A stretch of 64,000 bases of DNA from Bacillota bacterium (lineage in GTDB: Bacteria > Bacillota > Limnochordia > DTU087). The stretch lies in contig JAAYQZ010000032.1 in assembly GCA_012519025.1 (NCBI GenBank), positions 7 to 64,006 of the forward strand. The letters run 5' to 3'. Below the pieces are notes generated by a model. It was not told where the DNA came from. It saw only the letters and a program-made list of their open reading frames with translations, and made no database searches. Below, one piece after another: positions 19,356 to 28,995 of this stretch. The translations under genes and the position numbers were made by a program. Positions within the stretch are counted from its first letter, which is position 1; every line of letters begins with the position of its first letter.

Positions 19356-19619
19356 CCACTTCACCTCTTCATTTGGTATGTGAGAATGCAAAAAGCTCCC
19401 AAGATCCAGGGTACACAAATACCCCCGGCATCTCAGGAACTTCTCCATGTCTCCTGTCCTGATGTTCCAGGTATCGTTGAATTGTTGCTTGATTCAATTC
19501 TACAACTAAAATCAAAGATTGGCAAGGTTAATCTGCCATTTGACCCATCTCCACGCGGTTAAACCCTGTTTTTGGTATCCTTGCGGAGTCTAATGCATAA
19601 TCTCCTATAAAAGCAAAAA

Positions 19620-20318
19620 ATGGGGTCGATGGCTTTGGTTGTCTTAGTAATCCAACGCAGATCGATAGTTACCATTTGCCTGCTTTTGATTTGGCTGGCT
19701 GTTTTTGGTGTTGTTTGGGCTCAACTTTTGCCAACCCGCAAGTTGGTGGTGATCGACCCGGGACATGGCGGTATAGATGGAGGCACAAGCGGTGGCGGTC
19801 TTGTGGAAAAAGATATCAATTTACGCATGGGGCATATTCTAAGGGGTGTGCTTGAAAATAACAATTACAAAGTAGTTATGACCAGAACAGATGACAGTGA
19901 TGTAACTCATTTCGTACCTAAAGTAGGCAGCCGCTATCAAAGGGATCTTAAGGGCAGGGTGAAGTTGACAGAAAAAGCACAGCCTTGTGGTTTGATCAGC
20001 CTGCATGTCAACTGGCACAAAGAAGCCTGGCGTCGGGGTGCCATTGTTTACTACCAAGCAGGTGAAAAGTCGGGACTAATGCTGGCAGAATTAATCCAAA
20101 AAGAGCTGAATACCATTCAAGAAACACAGCGTCAAGCCCGTGCCGCCGATTTTTATGTGCTCCGCAACACTGATGTACCCGGGGTGTTGGTGGAGATTGG
20201 CTTTATTTCAAATCCCGATGACCGCAGGGCTATGCAGGATCACAATTGGTTGGCAAGGCAAGCAGAGGCTATTATGAACGGGTTGGAGATCTTCTTGCAG
20301 CAAAGGACCCCTATGTGA
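19620..20318 (+). CDS. cwlD: N-acetylmuramoyl-L-alanine amidase, CwlD-type (spore cortex)
   Basis: N-terminal membrane anchor followed by VVIDPGHGGIDGG, ISLHVN and VLVEIGFISNPDD (Amidase_3). The size and architecture fit CwlD. Confidence 0.75.
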   Translation: MGSMALVVLVIQRRSIVTICLLLIWLAVFGVVWAQLLPTRKLVVIDPGHGGIDGGTSGGGLVEKDINLRMGHILRGVLENNNYKVVMTRTDDSDVTHFVPKVGSRYQRDLKGRVKLTEKAQPCGLISLHVNWHKEAWRRGAIVYYQAGEKSGLMLAELIQKELNTIQETQRQARAADFYVLRNTDVPGVLVEIGFISNPDDRRAMQDHNWLARQAEAIMNGLEIFLQQRTPM

Positions 20319-20477
20319 GATTACCTTCTTGGCAGTGCCTTTAGGTACTTAGGCTGCTGTGTTCTCGCGAGAGGACTTTTGCTGTCTTTCGGGTAATATC
20401 TCGAGTAGCATAAGAATTGTCTTCGATACCGACCTGTATGGTTATTGATTGGCATCTAGGGGGAAAGGGGTTGTGGC

Positions 20478-21452
20478 TTGAGTGTGATTAATATTCACCG
20501 GCTGGACGAGCTGGAGATAAAAATGCTGACCCATCTGCAGCGAGATGGGCGCAGCTCTTACACATCGTTAGCTGAAAGGTGTGATGTGGCGGAGGGCACC
20601 ATTCGCAAGCGCTTGCGCAGGCTCCAAAACCGGGGTGTTTTGCGCATAAAAGGGGTTGCCGATCCTGCCCGCACCGGTATGGATACCGCGGCTGTTGTGT
20701 GGCTCCGTGTGGAGCGGGGTAAGCTAATGGATGTGGCCGCGCAGATTACGGCCCTGCATCATGCCCATTACGTTGCATATACCACCGGTGCTTCGGATAT
20801 TTTAGCTATTGTTACATTATCGTCCCAGGACGAATTGATGCGGTTTTTGACTTATGATCTTGGCTCAATCAAAAATCTAACGGAAGTTGAGACCTCAATG
20901 GTCCTAAAGACCTACAAACAGCCCTACCGTTGGGCGCCCTGGTCAAGCGGGGCACCGGAAACTTCTGCCGGTGCCGGTGACACTTTTGAGCCGGATGAAA
21001 TTGATTTAAAGATCATCGACTATTTAGAACAAGACGGCCGCATGACCTTTGTCACCATTGCTGAAGCGCTTGGGATTACAGAAAGTACGGTGCGGCGCCG
21101 AGTTACCGCTATTTTAGAAAGCAAAATCATGGAGATAGCATCGATCATCAATCCTGCCCGTGTGGGATACACAACCGCGGCCATGATTGGAATCAAGGTC
21201 GAAAGAGCCAGGTTGCAGACTGTCGTACAAGAACTGACCGGGCTTCCCGAAGTCCGGTATCTCGCTCTTTCCACAGGGAAGTATGATCTAATCATTGAGG
21301 TAGTGCAGGAATCTAATGAAAACCTTTTAGATTTTCTCGTAGGACGTTTGGAGGAACTGCCGGGAATAATTCGCACGGACACGCATTTATTGTTGAAGCT
21401 CTCCAAAGAAACTTATAACTGGGGTGTGGCCCACAAACACCAAGCCACTTGA
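20478..21452 (+). CDS. fused tandem Lrp/AsnC-family regulator (two HTH + two RAM-like modules)
   Basis: Two repeats of the Lrp/AsnC pattern: LDELEIKMLTHLQRDGRSSYTSLAERCDVAEGTIRKRLRRLQNRGVL and PDEIDLKIIDYLEQDGRMTFVTIAEALGITESTVRRRVTAILESKIM. Each repeat is followed by a ~70-aa effector-like domain. Confidence 0.75.
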   Translation: MSVINIHRLDELEIKMLTHLQRDGRSSYTSLAERCDVAEGTIRKRLRRLQNRGVLRIKGVADPARTGMDTAAVVWLRVERGKLMDVAAQITALHHAHYVAYTTGASDILAIVTLSSQDELMRFLTYDLGSIKNLTEVETSMVLKTYKQPYRWAPWSSGAPETSAGAGDTFEPDEIDLKIIDYLEQDGRMTFVTIAEALGITESTVRRRVTAILESKIMEIASIINPARVGYTTAAMIGIKVERARLQTVVQELTGLPEVRYLALSTGKYDLIIEVVQESNENLLDFLVGRLEELPGIIRTDTHLLLKLSKETYNWGVAHKHQAT

Positions 21453-21515
21453 TCATATATATGATAATATGCAGTAAAATAAATATTGAACTGTTCGGGA
21501 TTGGGAGGGCTAAGG

Positions 21516-22430
21516 TTGCAGAAGAACAAATGGGCAAATATCATTAGGCAGGCGATGCCGGATTTAGCTGTGCTGCTGGATGAACCAATGTCGGCCCATA
21601 CATCCTTTGAGGTTGGTGGACCGGTGGATATTATGGTGATGCCGACGTCTGTTGAGGGCATTTGCCAAGTGCTCAAACTTGCCGGTGAACACGATATTCC
21701 CAGGTATGTGATGGGCAATGGTTCGAACTTGCTGGTCCGCGATGGTGGTATTAGAGGACTTGTCGTAAAATTGGGCGATAATTTCAGCAGTGTTTCAGTA
21801 GAAGACAATATAATTAAGGCCCAAAGCGGGATTCCGTTAACTAAGCTTGCACACACTGCTTGGCAGGCGAGTCTGACAGGTCTTGAATTTGCCTCCGGCA
21901 TTCCCGGCACACTGGGTGGTGCTGTTGCCATGAATGCCGGTGCTTACGGCGGCGAGATGGCTGATGTGATTCTTAATGTCGTTTTGTGTGATCTTGATGG
22001 CACTTCATTTACCTGGGAATTGGCGGAGCTGGATTTGGGGTATCGTCAAAGCCGGGTCAGACGGGAAAAACTGGTAGCACTGGAAGCCGTTTTACAGCTG
22101 GAATTTGGTGATGATCATGCCATCAGAGTCCTTATGGATGATTTGAATCGGCGCAGGCGGGAAAAGCAGCCCCTTAGTCTTGCCAGTGCCGGAAGCACCT
22201 TTAAGCGCCCTCCCAACGGATATGCCGCTAAAATGATAGATGAGGCCGGCCTTAGAGGTGTGTGCGTCGGTAATGCCCAGGTGTCGGAGCTTCACTGCGG
22301 TTTTGTGGTAAACCGCGGCAAAGCCACAGCAAAAGAGCTATTGGAATTAATTGAGGTAGTGCGGAAGCAGGTTTACGAAAGATTCCACGTTGAGTTGGAA
22401 CTCGAAGTACAGGTTATAGGAGAAGATTGA
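21516..22430 (+). CDS. murB: UDP-N-acetylenolpyruvoylglucosamine reductase
   Basis: TSFEVGGPVD, GNGSNLLV, AGSTFKRP and HCGFVVN motifs. TTG 21516 follows GGGAGGG by 6 nt, whereas the ORF track begins at 21486. Confidence 0.9.
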   Translation: MQKNKWANIIRQAMPDLAVLLDEPMSAHTSFEVGGPVDIMVMPTSVEGICQVLKLAGEHDIPRYVMGNGSNLLVRDGGIRGLVVKLGDNFSSVSVEDNIIKAQSGIPLTKLAHTAWQASLTGLEFASGIPGTLGGAVAMNAGAYGGEMADVILNVVLCDLDGTSFTWELAELDLGYRQSRVRREKLVALEAVLQLEFGDDHAIRVLMDDLNRRRREKQPLSLASAGSTFKRPPNGYAAKMIDEAGLRGVCVGNAQVSELHCGFVVNRGKATAKELLELIEVVRKQVYERFHVELELEVQVIGED

Positions 22431-22491
22431 TTTAAGGAACCGGTCAGCCCAAAATTGGCCAAAGTCCAATATATGCTAAATTTGCAGTTTG

Positions 22492-22516
22492 AAGCCTGCC
22501 CAAAGCAGGCTTTTTG
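22492..22516 (+). terminator. rho-independent terminator after murB
   Basis: AAGCCTGC-ccaaa-GCAGGCTT stem-loop followed by a TTTT run. It separates murB from the BMC operon. Confidence 0.75.
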
Positions 22517-22658
22517 CATAACAACAGTGCAAAATGTGCTTATTTTCCCAGTGGGCAGGAATGTCTGTCAATCTGGGCGAAAATAAATAGAGAAATAGAT
22601 AGTTTAGTAAATAAAAGCATTTTGATACTAAAGCCGGCTGATAAGGAGGCTTTTTAGA

Positions 22659-23432
22659 TTGATGTCGGAATTTCAACTTAAAAGAGATATTATCGAAGTG
22701 GGTCGGCGTATATACAACAGCGGATTTGTTGCCGCAAATGATGGCAACATCAGTGTGCGCCTCAGCGACAAGCTCATATTAACGACACCTACCGGTGTAA
22801 GCAAAGGTTTCATGACACCGGATATGATTGTCACCTGTGATATGGATGGCAATGTAGTCAGCGGCAGTTGGCGACCTTCCTCAGAGTTAAAGATGCATTT
22901 GGCTGTCTACAAGGCCAGAGAGGATGTAAAATCAGTTGTTCACGCCCATCCTCCTTATGGAACGGCTTTTGCGGTGGCCGGTTTCGCGCTGGAAAAACCA
23001 ATCATGCCGGAGGTTGTGATTAATTTAGGTTGGGTGCCTTTAACTCAATATGGGACACCATCTACTGAGGAGATCCCCGATGCTGTCCTGCCGTATCTCC
23101 CCCGCCATGACGCTTTTTTACTGCAGAACCATGGGGCTCTCACCGTAGGTTCTGATCCGTACAATGCGCTTTTTAAGATGGAGACCTTGGAGATGGGTGC
23201 CAAGATCAGCTTGCTCGCGAGGTTATTGGGAGGCGAAAAAGAGATCAGTCCTCCGGATGTGGACAGGCTGATTGATCTAAGACAAAGCATGAACATGCCG
23301 GGGATGCACCCGGGACTGGAAAGCACCGCTCAAAACCAGGCCCCGGTTGAAAACAGTGTGACAGGGCTTGATGAGAAGCGTTTGCGGGAGATTGTCACTA
23401 ATGTAGTAAAAGAGGTAATAAAAAATAGTTAA
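22659..23432 (+). CDS. class II (FucA/RhaD-type, zinc) aldolase with C-terminal encapsulation-peptide-like tail
   Basis: Class II aldolase motifs [23 protein letters not shown] and QNHGALTVG. The ~210-aa core is followed by a Pro/Gly/Gln linker and the amphipathic tail [21 protein letters not shown]. Confidence 0.85.
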   Translation: MMSEFQLKRDIIEVGRRIYNSGFVAANDGNISVRLSDKLILTTPTGVSKGFMTPDMIVTCDMDGNVVSGSWRPSSELKMHLAVYKAREDVKSVVHAHPPYGTAFAVAGFALEKPIMPEVVINLGWVPLTQYGTPSTEEIPDAVLPYLPRHDAFLLQNHGALTVGSDPYNALFKMETLEMGAKISLLARLLGGEKEISPPDVDRLIDLRQSMNMPGMHPGLESTAQNQAPVENSVTGLDEKRLREIVTNVVKEVIKNS

Positions 23433-23452
23433 TTGAGAGGGGAGTCTTACTA

Positions 23453-23731
23453 GTGGGTGAAGCCTTAGGTCTTAATGAAACAAAAGGATTGATCGGTGCA
23501 ATTGAAGCTGCAGATGCCATGGTAAAGGCAGCCAATGTGGAACTGGTCGGACATGAAAGAATTGGCTCTGGTTATATTTGTGTTATGGCGCGGGGCGATG
23601 TTGGAGCCATTCGAGCGGCAGTTGAAGCCGGCAGTGCGGCGGCCGCTAAAGTCTCCGAAGTTGTAGCGGCTCATATCATTCCCCGGCCCCATGCCGATGT
23701 TGAGCAGGTAATGTTATCCCGTGCCAAATAG
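23453..23731 (+). CDS. BMC-H shell protein (PduA/EutM-type hexamer)
   Basis: Canonical single BMC domain: [30 protein letters not shown]...[13 protein letters not shown]...HIIPRPH. Confidence 0.9.
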   Translation: MGEALGLNETKGLIGAIEAADAMVKAANVELVGHERIGSGYICVMARGDVGAIRAAVEAGSAAAAKVSEVVAAHIIPRPHADVEQVMLSRAK

Positions 23732-23816
23732 CATTCTCAAGTGACCTTGGCAGAAGGGAGGGAAGCCGCACCCTGCTGCTTACATTTGTCAGTAATCGGG
23801 GTGTCGTGCTTATACT

Positions 23817-25214
23817 GTGCCACTTAACGAAGAACGAATCAGTGCCATTGTAAAGGAAGTTGTAAAACAGCTCACCGCATCCAGGCATATTCCGGATATT
23901 GTTGCAGGCGATAACGGAATTTTTGATGATGTGGATAGTGCAGTCAAGGCCGCGGCAGCGGCTCAAAAAGAGCTTGCGGCAATGTCTATCGCCCAGCGGG
24001 AGACGATTGTTGGGGCCATCCGCGGGGCAGGAGAAAGTAATGCCCAATATTTTGCCAGACGTTCAGTTGATGAAACCGCGTTGGGCAAATATGAACACAA
24101 AGTACAAAAAAACATCAACGCGTCCAGGCTATCTCCCGGTACGGAAGAGCTCGTTCAAACCGTGCAAAATGGTGATCACGGTATAACTATTACCCGCAGA
24201 GCGCCTTACGGCGTGATCGTATCCATTACACCAACAACACACCCGACTCCCATGATTATCAACCATGCCATAATTATGTTGGCCGGGGGCAATACTGTGT
24301 TTTTCTGTCCTCACCCAAGGGCTCAGATGATTTCAAGGGAAGCCATTCAAATATTAAATCAAGCGATTATTGCTGCCGGCGGGCCTGCAAACTGTTTGGT
24401 GGCAGTGAAAGAGGCGACTCTGGATGCAGTCAATGCTGCCTCAAGTCACCCTTTAGTCGACATGGTGACAGCAGCCGGTGGGCCGGGGGTTGTGAAAGCA
24501 GCACTCAGCTCAGGTAAAAAGGCAATAGCAGCCGGTGCAGCCAACCCTCCTGTAGTTGTAGACGAAACCGCAGATATTGCCAAAGCCGCGCGGGATATAG
24601 TGGAAAGTGCGTGGTTTGATAACAACATCTTATGTATCGGGGAAAAGACTGTTTTTGCTGTGGACACTATAGCGGAGACACTGCTTCAGCATATGCAAAA
24701 GCATGGAGCTCATCTGTTGACAGACGATGAAGCCAGGCGGGTCACCGAACTTATCGTTAGGGACGATCATATTGTTGGTGAATGGGTTGGCAAAGATGCG
24801 TCACTTATCCTGCAGGAGGTGGGTATCACACCCGGGGAAGGTATGGTAGGTGCGGTGATGGTTGTCCCGTACGAACACCCGCTGGTCAAGATTGAACAAA
24901 TGCTGCCCATCTTGCCTTTGGTGAAAACAACCGATTTTGCCCAAGGGCTGCAGCTGGCATATGGGACAGAGCAGGGGTTTCGCCATACTGCTGTAATCCA
25001 TTCTCAAAATGTGGAGCGGATTTCACTGTTTGCAAAAACTATGCAGACCACTATTGTCGTTGTCAATGGGCCTGCTTTTGCGTCGCTGGGTATTGATGGG
25101 GATGCTAAATTCGGTCATACGATTGCAAGCCCCACAGGAGAAGGTATCTGCACCACAGCAACTTTCACAAGGCAGCAAAACGTGACAATGGCCGGAGGCC
25201 TCACATTCGCCTGA
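23817..25214 (+). CDS. CoA-acylating aldehyde dehydrogenase (PduP/EutE family) with N-terminal encapsulation-peptide-like helix
   Basis: GAANPPVVVDETAD and the catalytic-Cys context FDNNILCIGEK. The N-terminus MPLNEERISAIVKEVVKQL is amphipathic. Confidence 0.9.
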   Translation: MPLNEERISAIVKEVVKQLTASRHIPDIVAGDNGIFDDVDSAVKAAAAAQKELAAMSIAQRETIVGAIRGAGESNAQYFARRSVDETALGKYEHKVQKNINASRLSPGTEELVQTVQNGDHGITITRRAPYGVIVSITPTTHPTPMIINHAIIMLAGGNTVFFCPHPRAQMISREAIQILNQAIIAAGGPANCLVAVKEATLDAVNAASSHPLVDMVTAAGGPGVVKAALSSGKKAIAAGAANPPVVVDETADIAKAARDIVESAWFDNNILCIGEKTVFAVDTIAETLLQHMQKHGAHLLTDDEARRVTELIVRDDHIVGEWVGKDASLILQEVGITPGEGMVGAVMVVPYEHPLVKIEQMLPILPLVKTTDFAQGLQLAYGTEQGFRHTAVIHSQNVERISLFAKTMQTTIVVVNGPAFASLGIDGDAKFGHTIASPTGEGICTTATFTRQQNVTMAGGLTFA

Positions 25215-25277
25215 CAGCGGTGCTTGATTTTGATCCAATAATACTAAGCAGGCAGCCGGATATTTGAGGTGAATTGG

Positions 25278-26636
25278 TTGGGGCAGTTAATGGAAAGAAA
25301 CACCATTATCCAAAGGGTCAAATCAGCAGGAGTAGTTGGTGCCGGTGGTGCCGGTTTTCCCACCCATGTGAAACTGGCCGGTTGGGCAGATACTGTAATC
25401 GCCAATGGGGCGGAGTGTGAGCCTTTGCTTGCAGTTGACAAAGCTCTTTTGGCCGAGCATCCCGAAGAGGTGCTTGCTGGTCTTCAAGCTGCTAAAACGG
25501 CCGTTGGTGCAAGCAAAGTCATAGTTGCGCTCAAAGCCAAACATAAAAGGCTCACAGCTGCATGGGAACGCAAAGCGGCAATATATGCTTGGCTGCAGAT
25601 TATAGGATTGCCGGATGTTTATCCCATAGGAGATGAACATGTGCTTGTTCACGAGCTGTTGGCGCGGACTATACCGCCGGGGGGCATCCCTCCAGATGTA
25701 GGGGCTGTTGTACTGAATATCGAAACACTATACAACATCGGCAGGGCAATGGACGGGATACCGGTAACACACAGCTTTGTAACTGTGACAGGTGCGGTTG
25801 CTTCCGCTAAAACCATGGCTGTCCCTGTGGGAACTGCAGTATGTGATGTTCTAAAGTTGGTGCAGCCGCTGCATGGACCGGGTGATTTTGCCGTAGTTGA
25901 AGGCGGCCCCATGATGGGGCGCTTGCTTCTTGATCTTAAAGAGCCGATTACCAAGACTACAAAGGGTCTGATTGTGCTGCCCAAAACCCACCAGGTGATC
26001 AGTAATTTTCACTCCAAATCCGAAGCCTTTAAACACCAATTCAGCGTCTGCAGCCAATGCACCATGTGTACCGACTTGTGTCCTCGCCATCAGCTCAACC
26101 ACCCGATTGCGCCCCACAGGATAATGCGGGCCCTTATAGGTGGGGAAGAGGTTGTAAACGCATTCAAGTCCAGCGAAGTCCTGCAGGGTGCATTGTTTTG
26201 CAGCGAATGTGGAATTTGTGATATGTTTGCTTGTTTTATGGGTTTATCGCCTCGCACTGTCAACCAGTTTTTAAAGGCAAAATGGACAGGTTTGCGGCCT
26301 GAATCTAAGCCTGATTGCCGACGGCCTGTTTTTGGAGGCAATTTGATTCCCACAGCTCGGCTGCTGCATCGTTTGGGTTTATCAAATTGGGAAAGTCCCA
26401 CAGCGCTGATGCCGTACACGGCAGCGCCTTCTAGTGTAAGGATCAAGTTAAAGCAACAGATTGGTTTACCAGCTCATCCCGTGGTTGCAGAGGGAGATCA
26501 AGTAAGTTTCGGTGAAATAATTGGGAAGGTGTCTGCGGAGGGTCTGGGAGCCTGTGTACATGCCAGTATCGGTGGAGTTGCTGTATCTGTCCAAAACGAT
26601 GAAATTCTAATCAGGCGGTGGGACCATGACACATAA
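25278..26636 (+). CDS. PduS/RnfC-like Fe-S flavoprotein (NuoF-like nucleotide/FMN motif, 2x[4Fe-4S], C-terminal barrel-sandwich domain), copy 1
   Basis: GVVGAGGAGFPTHVKL (NuoF/RnfC-type motif) and NGAECEPLL. Cys clusters CSQCTMCTDLCP and CSECGICDMFAC. The C-terminal GDQVSFGEIIGKVSAEGLGACVHASIGG resembles the RnfC N-terminal hybrid barrel. The likely start is TTG 25278, 6 nt after GAGGTG. Confidence 0.8.
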   Translation: MGQLMERNTIIQRVKSAGVVGAGGAGFPTHVKLAGWADTVIANGAECEPLLAVDKALLAEHPEEVLAGLQAAKTAVGASKVIVALKAKHKRLTAAWERKAAIYAWLQIIGLPDVYPIGDEHVLVHELLARTIPPGGIPPDVGAVVLNIETLYNIGRAMDGIPVTHSFVTVTGAVASAKTMAVPVGTAVCDVLKLVQPLHGPGDFAVVEGGPMMGRLLLDLKEPITKTTKGLIVLPKTHQVISNFHSKSEAFKHQFSVCSQCTMCTDLCPRHQLNHPIAPHRIMRALIGGEEVVNAFKSSEVLQGALFCSECGICDMFACFMGLSPRTVNQFLKAKWTGLRPESKPDCRRPVFGGNLIPTARLLHRLGLSNWESPTALMPYTAAPSSVRIKLKQQIGLPAHPVVAEGDQVSFGEIIGKVSAEGLGACVHASIGGVAVSVQNDEILIRRWDHDT

Positions 26637-27195
26637 TGCCCTTTGTTCCAACTTTGTTGATGCACTGGCTGTAGTGGAGTTTAGAAGCATTGCGCGGGGT
26701 TTGGAATGCGTAAACAGCTTGTTGAAAAACTTTCCGGTTGAATTGGTTATCTTGAAAACACTTTGCCCGGGTAAAATTTTGGCGTCTTTCACCGGAGAAA
26801 TTGCTGCTGTGCAAAATGCACTTGAGACAGCCAAAAATGGTGATTTAACTTATATTGATGATTTTATGCTGGGCAACCCGGTGCCCCAGTTGATAGCGGC
26901 TGTGCGGGGCGTTACCCCCGCCGCTGACCATGGAGCCTTAGGAGTGATGGAAACTTTCACAGCCAGTCAAGGTTTTGTGGCTGCAGATACAGCTGTTAAG
27001 GCTTCGGGAGTCAGCTTAGTCAAGATACATATCGCCAGGGGATTGGCCGGCAAAGCGCACATATATCTTACCGGCAGTCTGGGACAAGTAGAAGCTGCCA
27101 TTGCTGCCGTAGAAGAAAGGTTTCACCCTCAGGTGCTGGGAGAGCAGACTATCGTTGCTTCACCGGATCCGAGAACCTGGGAGGCAGTATGGTAA
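26626..27195 (+). CDS. BMC-T shell protein, PduT-like (tandem BMC domains, conserved pore Cys), paralog 1
   Basis: Two BMC repeats. KTLCPGKILASFTGEI aligns with the Salmonella PduT KTICPGKFLLMLGGDI segment, which carries the [4Fe-4S]-ligating Cys. Overlaps the upstream stop by 11 nt. Confidence 0.85.
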   Translation: MTHNALCSNFVDALAVVEFRSIARGLECVNSLLKNFPVELVILKTLCPGKILASFTGEIAAVQNALETAKNGDLTYIDDFMLGNPVPQLIAAVRGVTPAADHGALGVMETFTASQGFVAADTAVKASGVSLVKIHIARGLAGKAHIYLTGSLGQVEAAIAAVEERFHPQVLGEQTIVASPDPRTWEAVW

Positions 27196-27230
27196 TCAGT
27201 TCGCGACATAGAGTGCGTGGGGAGGAAGAT

Positions 27231-28439
27231 ATGCTCACCTTAGTACTTAATTGCGGCGGTTCGTCGGTCAAATATCAATTAGTGGAAATGCCTGCTGAGA
27301 AAGTGATTGCCCGGGGTGATGTCCAGCGCATCGGCAGTCATAACGCAGATTTCCGGCAGGAAGTTCGGGGTAAAACTATCTTGCAACGCACTTTACCGGT
27401 AGCAGACCACAGTGCTGCCATCGGACTGGCATTGGAAACATTAGCCCATCCAGAGCACAGAGTGATCGAGGATTTTCGGCAGATCGATGCCGTGGGTCAC
27501 AGAGTAGTCCACGGCGGTGAAAAATGTACGGGCTCACTTTTAGTCACCAAACAGGTTATCGATGTTTTAAAAGAGTTTTACGATCTTGCACCTTTACACA
27601 ATCCACCTAATGTGGAAGGTATTGAGGCATGCAGCAAACTGATGCCCAAAACCCCCCAAGTGGCTGTTTTTGACTCAAGTCTGCATCAGACTGTTCCCGC
27701 CCGCGCACACATTTATGCCATTCCTTACGAGTATTATGAAAAACACAGAGTGCGGCGTTACGGGTTTCACGGAATTACTTTCCGTTATATGACCAACCGG
27801 GCCGCGGAGCTTTTAAACAGACCCTTGGAAGACTTGAAAATTGTTAATCTGATGCTTGGCAGCGGCACTACGGCTTGTGCTTTTAAAAACGGTAAATCCG
27901 TGGATGTAAGTACAGGGCTCACACCTACGGAGGGGCTTATCCAATCGACCCGCTCAGGTGATCTCGATCCCCTGGTTGTGACTTATTTGATGAGACAGGA
28001 ATCTCTAGATGCTGATGCCGTCGATTTGATCTTGAACCGGGAAAGCGGCTGGTTCGGCATTTCAGGTGTCAGCAGTGACTTAAGAGATGTTTTGGAGGCT
28101 AGTGAAAGCGGCCATGCCAGAGCGAAATTAGCTGTAGATGCTTTTGCGTATCGGACTAAAAAGTACATCGGGGCCTATGCTGCGGCCATGGGGGGCATCG
28201 ATGTTTTGATCTTTTCCGGAGGGGTGGGAGAAAGATCCCCCGAGATTAGAGAGGCGGTTTGTCAAGACTTGGAGTTTTTAGGAATACAGCTGGATGCCGT
28301 GGCCAATTACTCCGAGGAAGTTGAGAAAAATATTGCACAGTCGGGCTCTTCAGTTGATGTTTTAGTGATTCCCACAGATGAAGAAATCGTCATTGCCAGA
28401 GATACTTTTGCTATTGTAAGGCGGGAAGGCTATGACTGA
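27231..28439 (+). CDS. ackA: acetate (acyl-phosphate) kinase
   Basis: LVLNCGGSSVKYQL, GHRVVHGG, HNPPN, FHGITF and SGGVGE motifs. ATG 27231 lies 5 nt after GGAGG. No encapsulation-like extension is visible. Confidence 0.9.
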   Translation: MLTLVLNCGGSSVKYQLVEMPAEKVIARGDVQRIGSHNADFRQEVRGKTILQRTLPVADHSAAIGLALETLAHPEHRVIEDFRQIDAVGHRVVHGGEKCTGSLLVTKQVIDVLKEFYDLAPLHNPPNVEGIEACSKLMPKTPQVAVFDSSLHQTVPARAHIYAIPYEYYEKHRVRRYGFHGITFRYMTNRAAELLNRPLEDLKIVNLMLGSGTTACAFKNGKSVDVSTGLTPTEGLIQSTRSGDLDPLVVTYLMRQESLDADAVDLILNRESGWFGISGVSSDLRDVLEASESGHARAKLAVDAFAYRTKKYIGAYAAAMGGIDVLIFSGGVGERSPEIREAVCQDLEFLGIQLDAVANYSEEVEKNIAQSGSSVDVLVIPTDEEIVIARDTFAIVRREGYD

Positions 28440-28977
28440 GGCAGTGGGGATTCTGGAGTTGCAAGGAATTGGCCCCGGTTATTTGGCAGCACATTGGATT
28501 GACAAACACACAGCTATTGCCATGATATTTACAGGAACTATCTGCCCCGGTCACTTTTTAATTATGTTTGCCGGTACAGTGGCTGATGTTGCCTGGGCGC
28601 AAGAACAGGCTGCCGGTTTGACGGAATCTGCCGTTATTTCCCAAGGGTTGCTGACCAACATCCACCCTGAAGTACTGCCGGCAGTACAAAATCTGCAAAA
28701 GAAGCAGCCGCAAGGTGCATTAGGGGTGTTTGAGGTTTTAGGGGCGGCATCGGCAGTGGTTGCAGCGGACAGCATGGTTAAAGGTGCCGCGGTGGAACTA
28801 TTCGACATACGCTTTGCCGGTGGTATGGGAGGAAAGGCTGTAATACTTTGCCAGGGGAAAGTTGAAGCAGTGGAGGCTGCTTTAGAGCAAGCCGCCCGGG
28901 TTGTGGATGTCAAAAGTTTAGTTGGTACCGCTGTGCTCGCTTCGCCCCATCCCGAACTTTTATCCCACTGGCAGTAG
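28432..28977 (+). CDS. BMC-T shell protein, PduT-like, paralog 2
   Basis: AVGILELQGIG...GTICPGHFLIMFAGTVADV...NIHPEVLPAV, then a second BMC repeat ALGVFEVLGAASAVVAADSMVKG. Overlaps the ackA stop by 8 nt. Confidence 0.85.
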   Translation: MTEAVGILELQGIGPGYLAAHWIDKHTAIAMIFTGTICPGHFLIMFAGTVADVAWAQEQAAGLTESAVISQGLLTNIHPEVLPAVQNLQKKQPQGALGVFEVLGAASAVVAADSMVKGAAVELFDIRFAGGMGGKAVILCQGKVEAVEAALEQAARVVDVKSLVGTAVLASPHPELLSHWQ

Positions 28978-28995
28978 ATAAAGGAGGCGATACTC

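Noticed and set aside
20478-21452. The tandem Lrp/AsnC protein as a fused siroheme decarboxylase (AhbA/AhbB, NirDL-like)
   Set aside because: Both halves carry the regulator-type L..DGR..(S/T) HTH signature rather than the pattern I recall for Ahb proteins. No other heme or siroheme genes are nearby. It is retained as a regulator, with the alternative noted in the finding.
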